A stretch of DNA of 63,019 nt, the filler included, from Nemertoderma westbladi (lineage: Eukaryota > Animalia > Xenacoelomorpha), in assembly GCA_032718475.1 (NCBI GenBank). It is 3 parts of 3 records of this genome, joined end to end, with 100 filler letters (N's around TTAATTAATTAA, not from the genome) between each part and the next. Parts side by side here need not be neighbours in the genome. Positions count along the whole stretch, not along the records: positions 1 to 19,546 come from JAUCBJ010005919.1; 2 more parts are not named here. One strand, given 5' to 3'. The translations under genes were made by a program, and so were the position numbers. The notes beneath the pieces are model-generated. The model was not told the DNA's origin and did no database searches. It saw nothing but the letters and a program-made list of their open reading frames with translations. Positions 1-12,079 of this stretch are shown piece by piece (position 1 is the stretch's first letter; the number at the start of each line of letters is the position of its first letter).

Positions 1-1686
1 ATTGCTAATATCCTTGTTCTCATGATTATTACTTAATGCTTAACTATAAACTGCAGATATAAATATTTCGATTTGACCTATCTTTTCATAATGTTAATGG
101 TTTTCAGTATGTAATATATCTTACTACGTGATGCAGAGCCTTATTAATATATATTACCCCTCTTATACATTACCTAAATATATATTAACAAAGTTGGCAG
201 GAATTAGTTGTTAGTTACGACGTTGGTTATGGAGGACAATAACAACTTCCACTGCATAAGTCTACCGACCTGATTAGTAAGTTAGTAGGTAAGTAGTACA
301 CCACTAGTGATGTATACAACATATTATACTAGAACGCCATCAAGATGGCTTTAAACGAACCTGTCTTACACAGACTCCAAGAAACAGATGGGATTGGAAG
401 ATGCAAACCAAGAATGACTTGCATCAACCAAAAAACTGCCTCCCATCTAATGTAATACACATTCGCCTAGGCAAACAAATCATAATCACAATTACTACGA
501 TGATGTGTGAAATGGTATCCATATCCGCAACCTGAGAAACGGCCCAAAAGAGCAGTTTATTCTGCGGAGGGGTCTTTTCTGTATTAGATAAATAAAATAA
601 AGAACACTATAATTACAGTATTTATACCTGATACATTCTCAGTTAGCCTAATAAAAACATCGGAGCAACCAATATAATGTACATGTACAAGCATCCTATG
701 AAAGTTTGTGAAATGTTCCCTTAAGTCTACCCAACAGCCGTTGGTACCCGGCTGGCAGCCACCCTGGTTCAGTTTTATGGTTTTGTTAGTTTAATCGACA
801 GCTGTTGTAAACGTCCCAGATATACAAAACCTACTAAGCCTTTGCATTACAATTGAGCTTAGCCTAAGTTGATGACAGTATTATAACGATGACAATTAGG
901 CCCTATAGATACATACGATATATAAATGATGTACTGCTTGACATTACACTAACTGGCTGAATAGAGATAGAACTATAATAATACGTTTGGCATTCTGTCA
1001 GATTTCAGTAGTAAGTAACCTCATAATAATTGCTAAATATCAATCACCTGAAAAACATTTCAAGCAAGGGAGTTGTGGGTATTTAATTTCGCGTTCAATA
1101 ATGTTGAAAATATGCAAATATTTCGAATATCGCACTTCGAATCGTTCCCAACTTTTTTATTCAACAACTAGACAACAATTGATAAATACTTGCGTTTACA
1201 ATTTTACAATGCATGCAAGTGGTTTCAAGCCATTTGGTGAACATACATAGTGAGTGATATAGTGACATATATAGTGAGTGATATAGGTAAATATATCCAT
1301 CGTGTTTTTGCCGGCCTCAGCTTTAGACAAAAACTACCCAGTCTAAAGACAGGTTCATATATATAATATAATAAGATAATCTAACCCCTTTGGCCCCCAT
1401 CAAGTGAACCAACAATGGAGTATCCAATCCTACATTGGCACATTGTGTCTTCTCCAGCAGTACACAATTATATTACTACCATAATACATTATACTACTAC
1501 TAGGTCTAACGAGCTGTAACAGTGGAAATGAGGTCCTCTGTGGCTTCCTATTCTCCATGGTGTCGCAATTTCCTTTCTCCCTAGTCCAGTATCCATTTCA
1601 AGTTAGTCTTTATATGCCATAGCCGGTTGATCTATATTTAAATGGGAAAGATATCGAAATGATGCCGTTCGTGGTGTATCCATAGT

Positions 1687-2114
1687 TATAACTTCAGGGA
1701 TAATGACTGGAGAAAGGGTCTAATGCCACGGTTAACGAAAACAGTTTCTATTTATATGGCCATTTCATCCTCACGGACGTCTTCAGTAAATAAATTAAAA
1801 TAAATGATACAACAATAAAACACAATTTATAAACCTAAACCATAATAATAAATTAAACGTATGGTACAACTAATTATTATGCCATTATCGGAATTTATAT
1901 ATATATCGGAATTTGGTGACATAATAATTAGTTGTACCATACGTTTAATTTAATATTATGGTTTAGGTTTATAAATTGTGTTTTATTGTTGTATCATTTA
2001 TTTTACTTTATTTACTGAAGACGTCCGTGAGGATGAAATGGCCATATAAATAGAAACTGTGTTTGTTAACCGTGGCATTAGACCCTTTCTCCAGTCATTA
2101 TCCCTGAGATTATA
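1687..2114. repeat. Long near-perfect inverted repeat (foldback/MITE-like palindrome), about 195-bp arms with about 35-bp spacer
   Basis: 1694 tcagggataatgactggagaaagggtc...ggtacaactaattattatg 1881 is the reverse complement of 1920 cataataattagttgtacc...gaccctttctccagtcattatccctga 2107, with few mismatches. Confidence 0.92.
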
Positions 2115-2117
2115 GCC

Positions 2118-2555
2118 GGTTGAAGCAGGGTGCTTTCCATGTGTTGGATGTCCGAAAAGTAGATCGGGTATGACCACATGTTTACTTCTCCAGCAGTGCC
2201 AACTAAATCGTAAGCTGCATTCACCGATTGGTTGATACATGTGGTATTGTACCTTAAAGCTCGGCGTTTGTCATTTGTGCTCCAACTGATGTTTATGCTG
2301 ACCTTAGTAGTCTTGTTTCAGCAACCATAAATTCGTTGTTCAAGTGATTTTGTCAGTGTCCAGGTCTCACCCCCATATAAAAGTCCACTTGCCTCTGTGT
2401 CTCGAAAGAACTTGGTCTTCATGTGATCGTTGAGGTCTGAGTTGCAGATGGTATCCACTTGTTATAAGGCCAGCCATGCCTTTACTTTCCAACTTCTATG
2501 TATTTTCGCTGCTCTCTATCCATGACCCAAGGTACTGCAAGCTGTCAACATTCCA
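2118..2555 (-). mobile_element. Degenerate RTE-clade LINE fragment (RT C-terminal region)
   Basis: Minus-strand frames give QYLGSWI, KAWLAL, LLYGGETWTLTK and LRFSWHCWR, collinear with the RTE ORF at 31900-32889 (YLGSWI, KAWAAL, LLYGSPCWALT, LRFAGHCFR). Frameshifts and stops are present. Confidence 0.7.
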
Positions 2556-2629
2556 TATCGAATTATTATCAATTGTGGTGTGGTCAAGTTTCCATTAACA
2601 TTAAAAGTCATTAATTCGGTCTTGGTATT

Positions 2630-2948
2630 GTAGTTTCATCACTTTCGACCAATATTGAACATTTGTCAAATATGAGCCATTCATAAGGATCATTTGTATT
2701 TCATCATAGAATCTTTCACCAGTCAACGTCTTCATGTGGTTTATCACACTGGCCATACCCCTTCGTTCTAAATGAACCAAATTATATTCAGCATCAGGAC
2801 CAATCAGAAAACTAAGTATCGGAACGCCATTATAAATTCCCTCGTAGAGACTGCTGAGACCGCCGTGTGTAACAAACAATCTTGTCGCTGGATGACCTAT
2901 TAAATCGTGTTGTGGCAGCCAATCAAGAAAGTGAACATTACTTGGCAA
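2630..2948 (-). pseudogene. Partial duplicate of the adjacent UGT (UDP-sugar-binding signature region only)
   Basis: PSNVHFLDWLPQHDLIGHPATRLFVTHGGLSSLYEGIYNGVPI is identical to the 3751-5367 protein. It lacks the N-terminal half and the TM anchor. Confidence 0.85.
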
Positions 2949-3518
2949 ATTAATAATTCATGTAAAAAAATTCATAACATTGTAAGTTTTCTCATTATCT
3001 AAACCACATGTGAAATGTTAGAAATGTATTTGATTGGATAATAAATATCCGTCTTTAATCAATGATACAAATCTAGCTTCCGGGTCAGTTTAACGAACAA
3101 CCAATAAAGGCAGTTGCAGTTTTAACCATTTGCTTCCCACTCTAACTATAACTTGAACTATATTTTTCTGTAATTATTGAGTGTTCTTAGAAATAATTCA
3201 TGGGGTGTAAAGAAAAGGGTTGGGAAGAGATGATGGAACTTGGGTGTCCCTTCGGCAACCCTTCGTGCCTTATTGGTAACACCCCAGAGAGAGGAGCCCT
3301 CAGATTGCTTCGGATGTTTCGTGTTTCACATTCACCAATAACTCTACTTTGTTTATTTTCACAAAAAAAAACATACCCTCAACCAGTATTTTACATTTAC
3401 TCAATTGTTCCTAGCTAATCAAAAATTTAATTACATTTACAAATTTTAAATTAATACTCTGACAAAGTCTTCTAATCTTATCAATGACCATTTGAGTCAT
3501 TCCGAAACCCAACATGTG

Positions 3519-3813
3519 TTGACACAGAGCTTGCAGTGGATCAGTTTCATATTCCCTATAATGTTTGGGATGTTCATCTTGCAGTTTTTTTTATTATATT
3601 TTCTTATTCACTTCGATTCTTTTATGGAACTTGTTTTGACAGAATCCTCAACAGTACGTTCAACAGCAATGTGTTGACACAGAGCGTGCAGTTGATCAGT
3701 TTTATAGTCCTTTTAATGTAGAGTTCGGGATGTTTATCGTGCAGTTTTTTTTATTGTATTTTCTTAATTACTTCGTTTCTTTTGCGGAACTTGTTTCGAC
3801 AGAATCTACAACA
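3519..3813. repeat. About 155-bp diverged tandem duplication covering the UGT C-terminal codons, stop and proximal 3' UTR
   Basis: ttgacacagagc...cagtttttttattrtattttctta...gacagaatc occurs at 3519-3654 and 3674-3813. Confidence 0.8.
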
Positions 3814-5367
3814 GAACAGAAGTAATGTAGTGAATATTACAACTCCAATAAGTACAAACAGCAACACATCAATGAGAAAATATTGGAAGAAATTCAGATT
3901 GTGAGCAGCAGATCGAAGATGTTGTGAGCCATGCTGGATTACGTGTTCTGTCCAAAACGTAAATGTTTCTATTGGAGGAACGGGTGTAGATTTCATCAGT
4001 TTCGACCAATATTGAGCATTTTTGGAATACGATTCATTCATAAGGAGCATTTGGATTTTGTCGTAGAATTGTTCTCCGGTCAACGTTTTCATGTGCTTTA
4101 CCACACCGGCCATTCCCCTTCGTTCTAAATGAACCAAATTAAATTCAGAGTCACCCCCAATTGGCAAACAGAGAATCGGAACCCCGTTATAAATTCCCTC
4201 GTAGAGACTGCTGAGACCGCCGTGTGTAACAAACAATCTTGTCGCTGGATGACCTATTAAATCGTGTTGTGGCAGCCAATCAAGAAAGTGAACATTACTT
4301 GGTAAATCTTTCCTGTCGAATCCCTTGATTGCACGACTAAAAACTTGCTGTTTCACCTTAGCAAATCCAAGCATCAACTCCCTTATAAATTCTTTAGGCA
4401 ACGATTTCACAACAGATCCTACAGAAAACACAATAATTCCATGCTCTTTAGAGGAGTCTATAATTTCCATAATACTATCGGGTAAGGGTTTGGGTTTACT
4501 CAATTTAAATCCTCCTATATATGCTACATTTGGCATTGACGGTCTGGGATATTCGAAGATCACATTTGAATAAATAAATGTGAACTCTGCCTGGGCATAA
4601 GTATCAAACATACGTACATTTGGTTGAATGTTGAGTTCTTGTTTGATGGTTTCAGCGCGTGATAGAAACACATAATCCCTGAAGATGCTTCCAGCAGTGT
4701 AGGCCAAGACATTCACGAATCTTTGTATGAAACTCATATTATCGGTAAACCCTGTTATCGGTACAGGAACGTAGGATAAAGGTGAAGGAACATTAGTGAT
4801 GTGATAGAATAGCGCGGGTTCCATCGGGAGCTGAGTTCCAGGCATAAAGTTAATGTAACGAATTCCCAACTTCTGTGCCACCAAATGGCCACAACCGATT
4901 GGGCCAATGTTGATCACAGTCATATCCCAAGGTACTTGTTTCAGTTTGTCAAACATGACATCATCAGTTAAGATGAGACGGCACATATCTGAATTAATAT
5001 CCATTAAATCCTTGAATGCACCAGCTAACATAATCTCTATGACCGATTTTTCCTGAACTATATCACTAATTATTGATGTCATTATCTCATCAGTTCTTCT
5101 GTTTAAGTTGGTTTCCGTAGTATCATTACCGCCGTATTTATAAAGCGTATAATTCGCATCATCTATTATTTTGAGAGCGTGTCCCACAATCATACCAACA
5201 TTGTGACCTCGGGCTGCTAATGCATTACCCATTTCATGCGCCAGTAGATACTGACTACGTCCAACTGTTGATATACCCGGTAGCCATATTAGGATGTTGG
5301 ATGATAAATTACTTGGGATTAGGGTCAGAACTATAATCCCTATCAGAGTTAAACTTGTTCTAGTCAT
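3751..5367 (-). CDS. UGT: UDP-glucuronosyl/UDP-glycosyltransferase (GT1 family), intronless, 538 aa
   Basis: Signal peptide; PSPLSYVP motif; UGT signature WLPQHDLIGHPATRLFVTHGG..SLYEGIY.GVP; C-terminal TM after FFQYFLIDV; KKIQ end (KKxx ER-retrieval motif). Confidence 0.95.
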   Translation of the reverse strand: MTRTSLTLIGIIVLTLIPSNLSSNILIWLPGISTVGRSQYLLAHEMGNALAARGHNVGMIVGHALKIIDDANYTLYKYGGNDTTETNLNRRTDEIMTSIISDIVQEKSVIEIMLAGAFKDLMDINSDMCRLILTDDVMFDKLKQVPWDMTVINIGPIGCGHLVAQKLGIRYINFMPGTQLPMEPALFYHITNVPSPLSYVPVPITGFTDNMSFIQRFVNVLAYTAGSIFRDYVFLSRAETIKQELNIQPNVRMFDTYAQAEFTFIYSNVIFEYPRPSMPNVAYIGGFKLSKPKPLPDSIMEIIDSSKEHGIIVFSVGSVVKSLPKEFIRELMLGFAKVKQQVFSRAIKGFDRKDLPSNVHFLDWLPQHDLIGHPATRLFVTHGGLSSLYEGIYNGVPILCLPIGGDSEFNLVHLERRGMAGVVKHMKTLTGEQFYDKIQMLLMNESYSKNAQYWSKLMKSTPVPPIETFTFWTEHVIQHGSQHLRSAAHNLNFFQYFLIDVLLFVLIGVVIFTTLLLFCCRFCRNKFRKRNEVIKKIQ

Positions 5368-7090
5368 ATTGTTATTACGGTGTATAATTTTATCAGCATT
5401 TCCTATTATAGTCTATAAAATAGGTTCAAATTACCCGCCAATTACTAACAATAACTACTGTAACCTCAAAACTAATGTAAAGGGAAATATGTTTCTTCGA
5501 TGTTAAAATATGTTCCGTATTAGTAGGATTTCTTTAATTAGAATGTCATAACCATTCGAAGCATGAGAGATAATTGAAAAGTTCTCCTAATTTCGAGTGC
5601 GTGATCTTTTATAGCCGCATGCTGGGTGATAACCCTAATACTTGTTGCCACGAATTTGGCGGGAAATTTGAGTTTATTTTGTAATCCTGTAGTAGGTTTA
5701 ATAGTTTAAATAATCATCGAGTAAGTTAAGCGGCATCGAATAAATAGGTACATCATATTGTTTTATGTAAACCTATACGATTTTTCAGCAAAGTAGTTGT
5801 TTTTTGGGTCAAAATAATCAACGACTCTCTGAACTAAATGAACTATTTATTTTATTATTAGTAGTATTCCTATTGTTATTAAATCAGTATTTCAATTGCG
5901 AATATTAATATGAAAGAATACTGATATGGTGGTTGTGATTACAATAACAATTCAAACATTAGAAGTGAATTATGTTATTTTTGCCAACTGGCAGCGGCGC
6001 TTTCATATTGGTTAGAAGGACTGGGGGCCGTTGGGTGATTGGAGGGTTGTGAATTATATTAATTGCTTGGCAGTTGGCACGTCAGTCGTAGTACCGAAAA
6101 TGTGGGGAACTGAACCGAGAACTGGGCAGTCAAATGAAAGAAAAGTAAATGATACACATTTAATGATGTTCGGTATAACAATTGTCAGTGAAACCAATAT
6201 TGATTTACTTGTAATAATAATATTGTACCAATATTGATATATCAAGTAATACTTGATATACAACTATTCTGGTTGAGTGGTTGCGTTGCATAGCAACACA
6301 ATGACGTATGTTGCTGGCATACAGCAGGGGATTCCTTCGACAGAGCAAGCCCAGCCTGCCTACTAGTACACTAGTGCAACCCATACAACGCCTAACCTAA
6401 TGCTATGTGAGCGGATATGGGCGGTGTCGACTTGCCAGAACTTCATCCACCAATGGCCTGCCACGCAAATAGAGGATGAAGCTACAATTTACAAATACGC
6501 ACATCCCATTGAGAAGATTCACCTGACAGCAGGAATCGTACAGTACATGGCCTGGCAGAGATGATCCTTTTCGTCGAATGACAGGTGCCATATTTTCAGG
6601 GTATGTCTGGGGGTGATGGATTCTCCAGAAACCTGGCAATACTTCCCCTCTGTGACATTTTCCAGGTACATATCGTCCAGAACACAGATTAATAACGGAA
6701 ATGTCACGCACCTAGCGGCCATATTGTCAATAACAAACTGGACGTATGGGTTCTGACTGGCTGATGAAACTTACATTAAATTTTTTACATCCATTCAGAC
6801 CACATACTGCTTTTCGTTGACAAATTGCACTGTTTCTCATAGTAGATTAATATTTTCTATAAATATAAGAAACATTTGAATGGGTTTCTACTTTGAGTGA
6901 TTGTATGGCCTTAATATGATCTCCCACTCCATAACGAAATATTCATCCGGTCTGGTGATAACCAGAAGTTTGAAACATAGGTACCGGGTTCGAACCCAAA
7001 TAGGGCCGGTTGATATTTTTCGCTATGGAGAGCATTATCATATTGTCCTATTTACATTGTATATTTGAATGGGTTTCTGTTTAAACTCAC

Positions 7091-10000
7091 TTTAGCTCTT
7101 TCCAGCTCTATCGATGTTTCTGTATAGTTTTGTCTCTCCGAGGATAAACTTTCTATGAAGTTTTTCTGTTTGTTGAGAAGTTCTGCAATATCTTCACTGT
7201 CCTCGACTAACTTGGTTTTATTATCGTCTATCTCCTGTTGTAGTTCCTAGTATAAATAATTAATTATATTTATTACTAATTTCTGATTATGTTATCACAA
7301 TTTACTTAATTAAATCACAACCGAGGATATATTATATATTTCTGTGAATGTTATAGGAGATATGATCGGTCATACACGAACATCGTATTTACTCAAATTG
7401 CAGAAGTATATAGGGGTTTATTCCGATCCAATTTTCTTTCGATCTAATTAATAGTGTGACATAAAGATATGACTTATTTACCTTAATTTTGGTTTTATCT
7501 TCTGTAGATGTTTTATTTAGTTGTTCTACATCTAATTTCAAGGCGCACATTTCTTCTTCTAACCCAATTTTCTGCTTCTTCAGAGAATCAACAATGTGGG
7601 ATGTGTCATCAATCTGTGGATTGTATTAGAGCTAATGTAGTTTGTAATTTTTATTTCCGTTTCAAATTACTGATCACATCTGCTTCTGTATCCTCTTCAC
7701 GTACAAACAATTATTAATTTCTCAAGATTTCATTACTTATTAACGGATGGTGTTATAATAGCTGTTGTGTTTGCTGTCATCACCAACTTTTCGCACATGC
7801 GATGATGTGAAGAATACCATGTTTTAACTGTTCGGTCGAAATTTTATGGGAATTTTATATGTAAAGAATATATTTTTTTTATTTTTTCCTTATCAAGTGT
7901 TTTATATTGCTTATTGCTATCTTACAACCTGTACAGATACTAATTCGTTTATTGTTTTGGTTAGATTCAGCCCTCTATAACCTGGGTTTTAGTGAAAACC
8001 TGGTATTCTTCACGTGGTGTTATACTACAGCAGAAATTCTGGTATAGTTCACATGGCCCCCACTTTTGGTAGTAGTTCCAATTGCAGTAATGCACATTTG
8101 GGGGAAGACTTGCTGCAGTAGACCAACTGCAATAAATAGACCAGCTGCAGTAGACCAGCTGCAATAGAACAGACCAGCTGCAGTAGACCAGCTGCAATAG
8201 AATAGACCAGCTGCAGTAGACCAGCTGCAATAGAACAGACCAGCTGCAGTAGACCAGCTGCAGTAGACCAGCTGCAATAGAATAGACCAGCTGCAGTAGA
8301 CCAGCTGCAATAGAACAGACCAGCTGCAGTAGACCAGCTGCAGTAGACCAGCTGCAATAGAATAGACCAGCTGCAATAGAACAGACCAGCTGCAGTAGAC
8401 CAGCTGCATTTAAGGAACAATATTACCTCCGTTATTAGGCATTAGAGAATATTCATTAGCCACATTATCGTACCTGATTTTTAAGTTGTTTCACTTTGTT
8501 ACTATTACTTTTTTCCTGCAGATATTTCACACTAGTCTGCGAATCTTCTAGTAATGCTTTTGTACGTAAATACATCAACTTCATTTGTTTGAGTTGTTCA
8601 AAATCAGCTGGATCCTGCGTTTCCATGTCCTCGATTTGGCTTTGCAGCTGCATTTTTAGTTCCAGAAATAAAAAATGTAATTTGTCAATCTTGTTTGTAT
8701 TGTGTTGTATAATGTTATTGACGATGTGCAAATTTGTTGGCACCAAATATCCATAGGCCTAACTCGTTTTTCTGCGGCAGACGCAGGCAGACTTCCCACC
8801 CGTTTTTAACGGGTGGGCAGACAGTTTTGTTGCGGCCTTATCTCTTAAGCTTTATTGTAGCTTCACCTTTCTTAAATGTGATACCTACCATTCTTACCTG
8901 GTGTTTACTTCTGAGTAACTTCTTGCGTTCCTATTTACTTCTAAGTAACTTCTTACGTTCCTATTTACTTCCATAGAGTTCTAACTTACCTGGTGTTTAC
9001 TTCTGAGTAACTTCTTGCGTTCCTGTTTCCTTCCATAGAGTTCTAACTTACCTGGTGTTTACTTCTGAGTAACTTCTTGCGTTCCTATTTACTTCTAAGT
9101 AACTTCTTGCGTTCCTATTTACTTCTGAGTAACTTCTTGCGTTCCTGTTTACTTCCATAGAGTTCTAACTTACCTGGTGTTTACTTCTGAGTAACTTCTT
9201 GCGTTCCTGTTTCCTTCCATAGAGTTCTAACTTACCCGGTGTTTACTTCTGAGTAACTTCTTGCGTTCCTGTTTACTTCCATAGAGTTCTAACTTACCTG
9301 GTGTTTACTTCTGATTAACTTCTTACGTTCCTATTTACTTCCATAGAGTTCTAACTTACCTGGTGTTTACTTCTGAGTAACTTCTTGCGTTCCTATTTAC
9401 TTCCATAGAGTTCTAACTTACCTGGTGTTTACTTCTGAGTAACTTCTTGCGTTCCTGTTTACTTCCATAGAGTTCTAACTTACCTGGTGTTTACTTCTGA
9501 GTAACTTCTTGCGTTCCTATTTACTTCCATAGAGTTCTAACTTACCTGGTGTTTACTTCTGAGTAACTTCTTACGTTCCTCGTTACTTGCATCGATTTCA
9601 AGTTCGAATTGTTTCACAGTTTTCGAGTGGGCAGCCTTTAGGGCGTCGATTTCTATCTCCCTAAAATAATAGAATTTTATTATTAATCAAATAATTTCTA
9701 ATACGCCCTTGAATTATTAATGTTATCAGCGTTTTTGGATCAACAACTCACCTCGATTCGATCTCTGCGTTATTTACGCTCTGTAGACGTTCGCATTCCC
9801 TCATGGTTCTCCCCTTCTGTTGCTGTAATTGTTCTACTTCAGCCACCAACTCCTCTATTTGCTCATCCTGAAGTCGCACCTTTGGAAAACAAAACACAAT
9901 TTTACAGGCGACTGAAAGTAAACCCCAGAAGAGAACATTAAACCTAGGCACTACTGTGGGTTGTAGGAAATTTTTTTTTTTGAGTGTTGACAATAATTAA

Positions 10001-11330
10001 TCTTGTATCAAACTATTTTAGGTTATTACATAATATAAAGACTGATTATTATAATTTATAATTATTAGAAGTAGTAGAAAATTCACAGGGTTTGTTTGTT
10101 GTATTTGTTATTGTTTTTACATAATGTATAAATAAATCTATCTATCTTGGGAGCTTTTGTTTGATAATGTAGAAACCGTTTTTTAAAAATATATAGTGGT
10201 CAGGAGTTAAGATTCAAGGTAACCTTTATCTAGGTTTTAGTTCCGTTTAGGGTTAATATTTTGTTTCAGATTAAGGTTTGACAGGTGTTGGTGAAATGCC
10301 TCAAAATACCAGCCTAGTTAAGGAGGACTAGTTGTTTATATCCCATTACAAATCGTCGAGAATTTGGTCGTAAAATTTAGTTACAAGACAACCTTTCGCA
10401 CAATTCATTATTATTTCGGCTTACTTAGAATAATAATTTACATATTTACATAATACATACATACATACATATATACATAACTTACATAATCCTTATATAA
10501 CTCATTACATTATATTAAACCTGCCTTGTCTTCCAAATTAACGCTATTTCCGTTTTTGATGATCGGGTATTCCCCACTGCTATCCATTACCGCCTTCGTC
10601 TCCAATTTTGTTTTCAGTACTCTGTGATGGTAATTATTATATGTTACGAAATAGTATTATATCTTGTTACATATTAATCAACAATTATTATATGTTACGA
10701 AATAGTATTATATCTTGTTACATATTAATCAGCAACAAACTCCATAAATCCCATTTACTTTCTGTCGTTCACATTCCAAATTAAAAAAGCTAAACTAAAA
10801 CTACTGTTTTTAACAGTGGGTTTTGGCGTACACCTTGGTCTTGGCGCACTTTTGAAAAAAGTACCTTTACTAACAATGATAAACTTTATTATTAATAACA
10901 ACAACGTCGTTTACGGTACTTTTACCTCGACATCTCGTCCGGGACCTCACGCTCCTGTTTTTCTCCCGTTGCCTTTTGTTTATCGGCTTCTTTTTGAATT
11001 GTATTCTCAAACGTTGCAACAAATTTTGAGATATTTTTTTGTTGTATACCGGTAGCGTTTCCCTGTACAAAAATATATCGCTCAATAGTTTAATTACTTT
11101 ATGTAACCTAACTAGCTGCCCTATGTAACTTTATACTACATAATTTTATGTAACTTTATGCTTCCTAACTCTATGTAACCTAGAACCTAATGTAACCTAA
11201 CACTGGTTAATAAGTTTACATACCTGCCCTTTGCTTGTGTTCCTCAACTCCACCATTGTGTTGTTGATTTTTCGCAACTTGGCCTTCATTTCATTCACAT
11301 TACCCCGAATATCCTCCATTATTGTTGAAG
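7091..11330 (-). CDS. MYO18: Myosin-XVIII-like coiled-coil tail, 8 exons (partial gene): about 11330-11224, 11062-10926, 10621-10525, 9879-9752, 9660-9546, 8647-8474, 7613-7482, 7246-7091
   Basis: Exons splice in consistent phase (AG/GT, one GC donor) into ...NLEDK|VRLQDEQIEEL...AEIESR|EIEIDALK...RSKHQ|LQSQ...DFEQLKQMKLMYLRTKALLEDSQ...KQLKNQ|IDD...|ELQQEIDD...EDSEDIAELLNKQK. This is collinear with recalled MYO18A tail motifs (KEMESRDEE, RTKALLADAQ, QLKNQ, EEDQEDMNEL). Confidence 0.8.
8108..8408. repeat. Intronic minisatellite of 14/19-bp units (agaccagctgcagt / agaccagctgcaatagaay)
   Basis: Tandem units are directly visible; they explain the ORFs at 7967-8420. Confidence 0.9.
8893..9580 (-). 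repeat. 62-bp tandem repeat containing the myosin exon 3' end and CAG|GTAAG splice donor (10 donor copies), with 30-bp sub-repeats
   Basis: Plus-strand ttacc starts at about 8894, 8986, 9048, 9170, 9232, 9294, 9356, 9418, 9480 and 9542; period 62. Confidence 0.92.
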
Positions 11331-12079
11331 AAAATTTTTAAACGCGAAATTATGATTTTAATTTAATCCATAAAAATTGAGTAATGTAGGTGCGATATGG
11401 TGAGACATTATTTATGAACTCCTATCTGTTTGTTGTTTACATCACTCAGAATATAAATATGTGTATCTCTCTAGGTTTTATAAATAGATCATATTCTAGA
11501 ACAGTTGTAGAGTACGATGTTGATAATGGGTTTAGCGTTCAATGTGTAAATCATTATCATTGGCAAGGCTACCTAGTGTACCAGATCGCATTGATCAATG
11601 TGTCCATCTAAAAACTGGCAATTACAAAAATCTAACATTAAATAAAAATATTTACTAGCTACTTAAAACAGTATCTGCCATAAAATCACTATAGTGATAT
11701 TGATCGGTAGCTGTTGTAATTTGGGTCTTTCTTGGTTTCTTCTTGATCTAACTTTCTTTGACCTTGGGGAATAATTGTATATTATATACACCGTCCCTAC
11801 ATACTACACTAGATTTCTATATACCTTATTACAACAACAACCAGTTTTAGCAGGTCGGCCCTAATTTTATCAAATTTTAATAAAATGCTACGAAATTTGG
11901 TAGAAGGATAGTTCGACAACTTTATCAAGTGCTGGCCGGGCCCGAACACCGAAATCACAATGGGACAGAGCTATCTTTGATGGGTTGTTGTTACACAATG
12001 ATTGGCGTTTACTAAGTAATTAATTTGACTTTAATATTTATGCAAAACTATTACAATTGCTATTTGATTTATTTTCCAG

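Noticed and set aside
6403-6722. Overlapping Cys-containing ORFs in a GC-richer patch
   Set aside because: No recognisable motif or splice continuity with the myosin exons; possibly TE debris.
6945-7008. tRNA-like segment with ggttcgaaccc
   Set aside because: Only a B-box; no cloverleaf, so at most a SINE relic.
7967-8420. ORFs from minisatellites (also 19960-21315 and 41682-43344)
   Set aside because: Low-complexity translations of tandem repeats.
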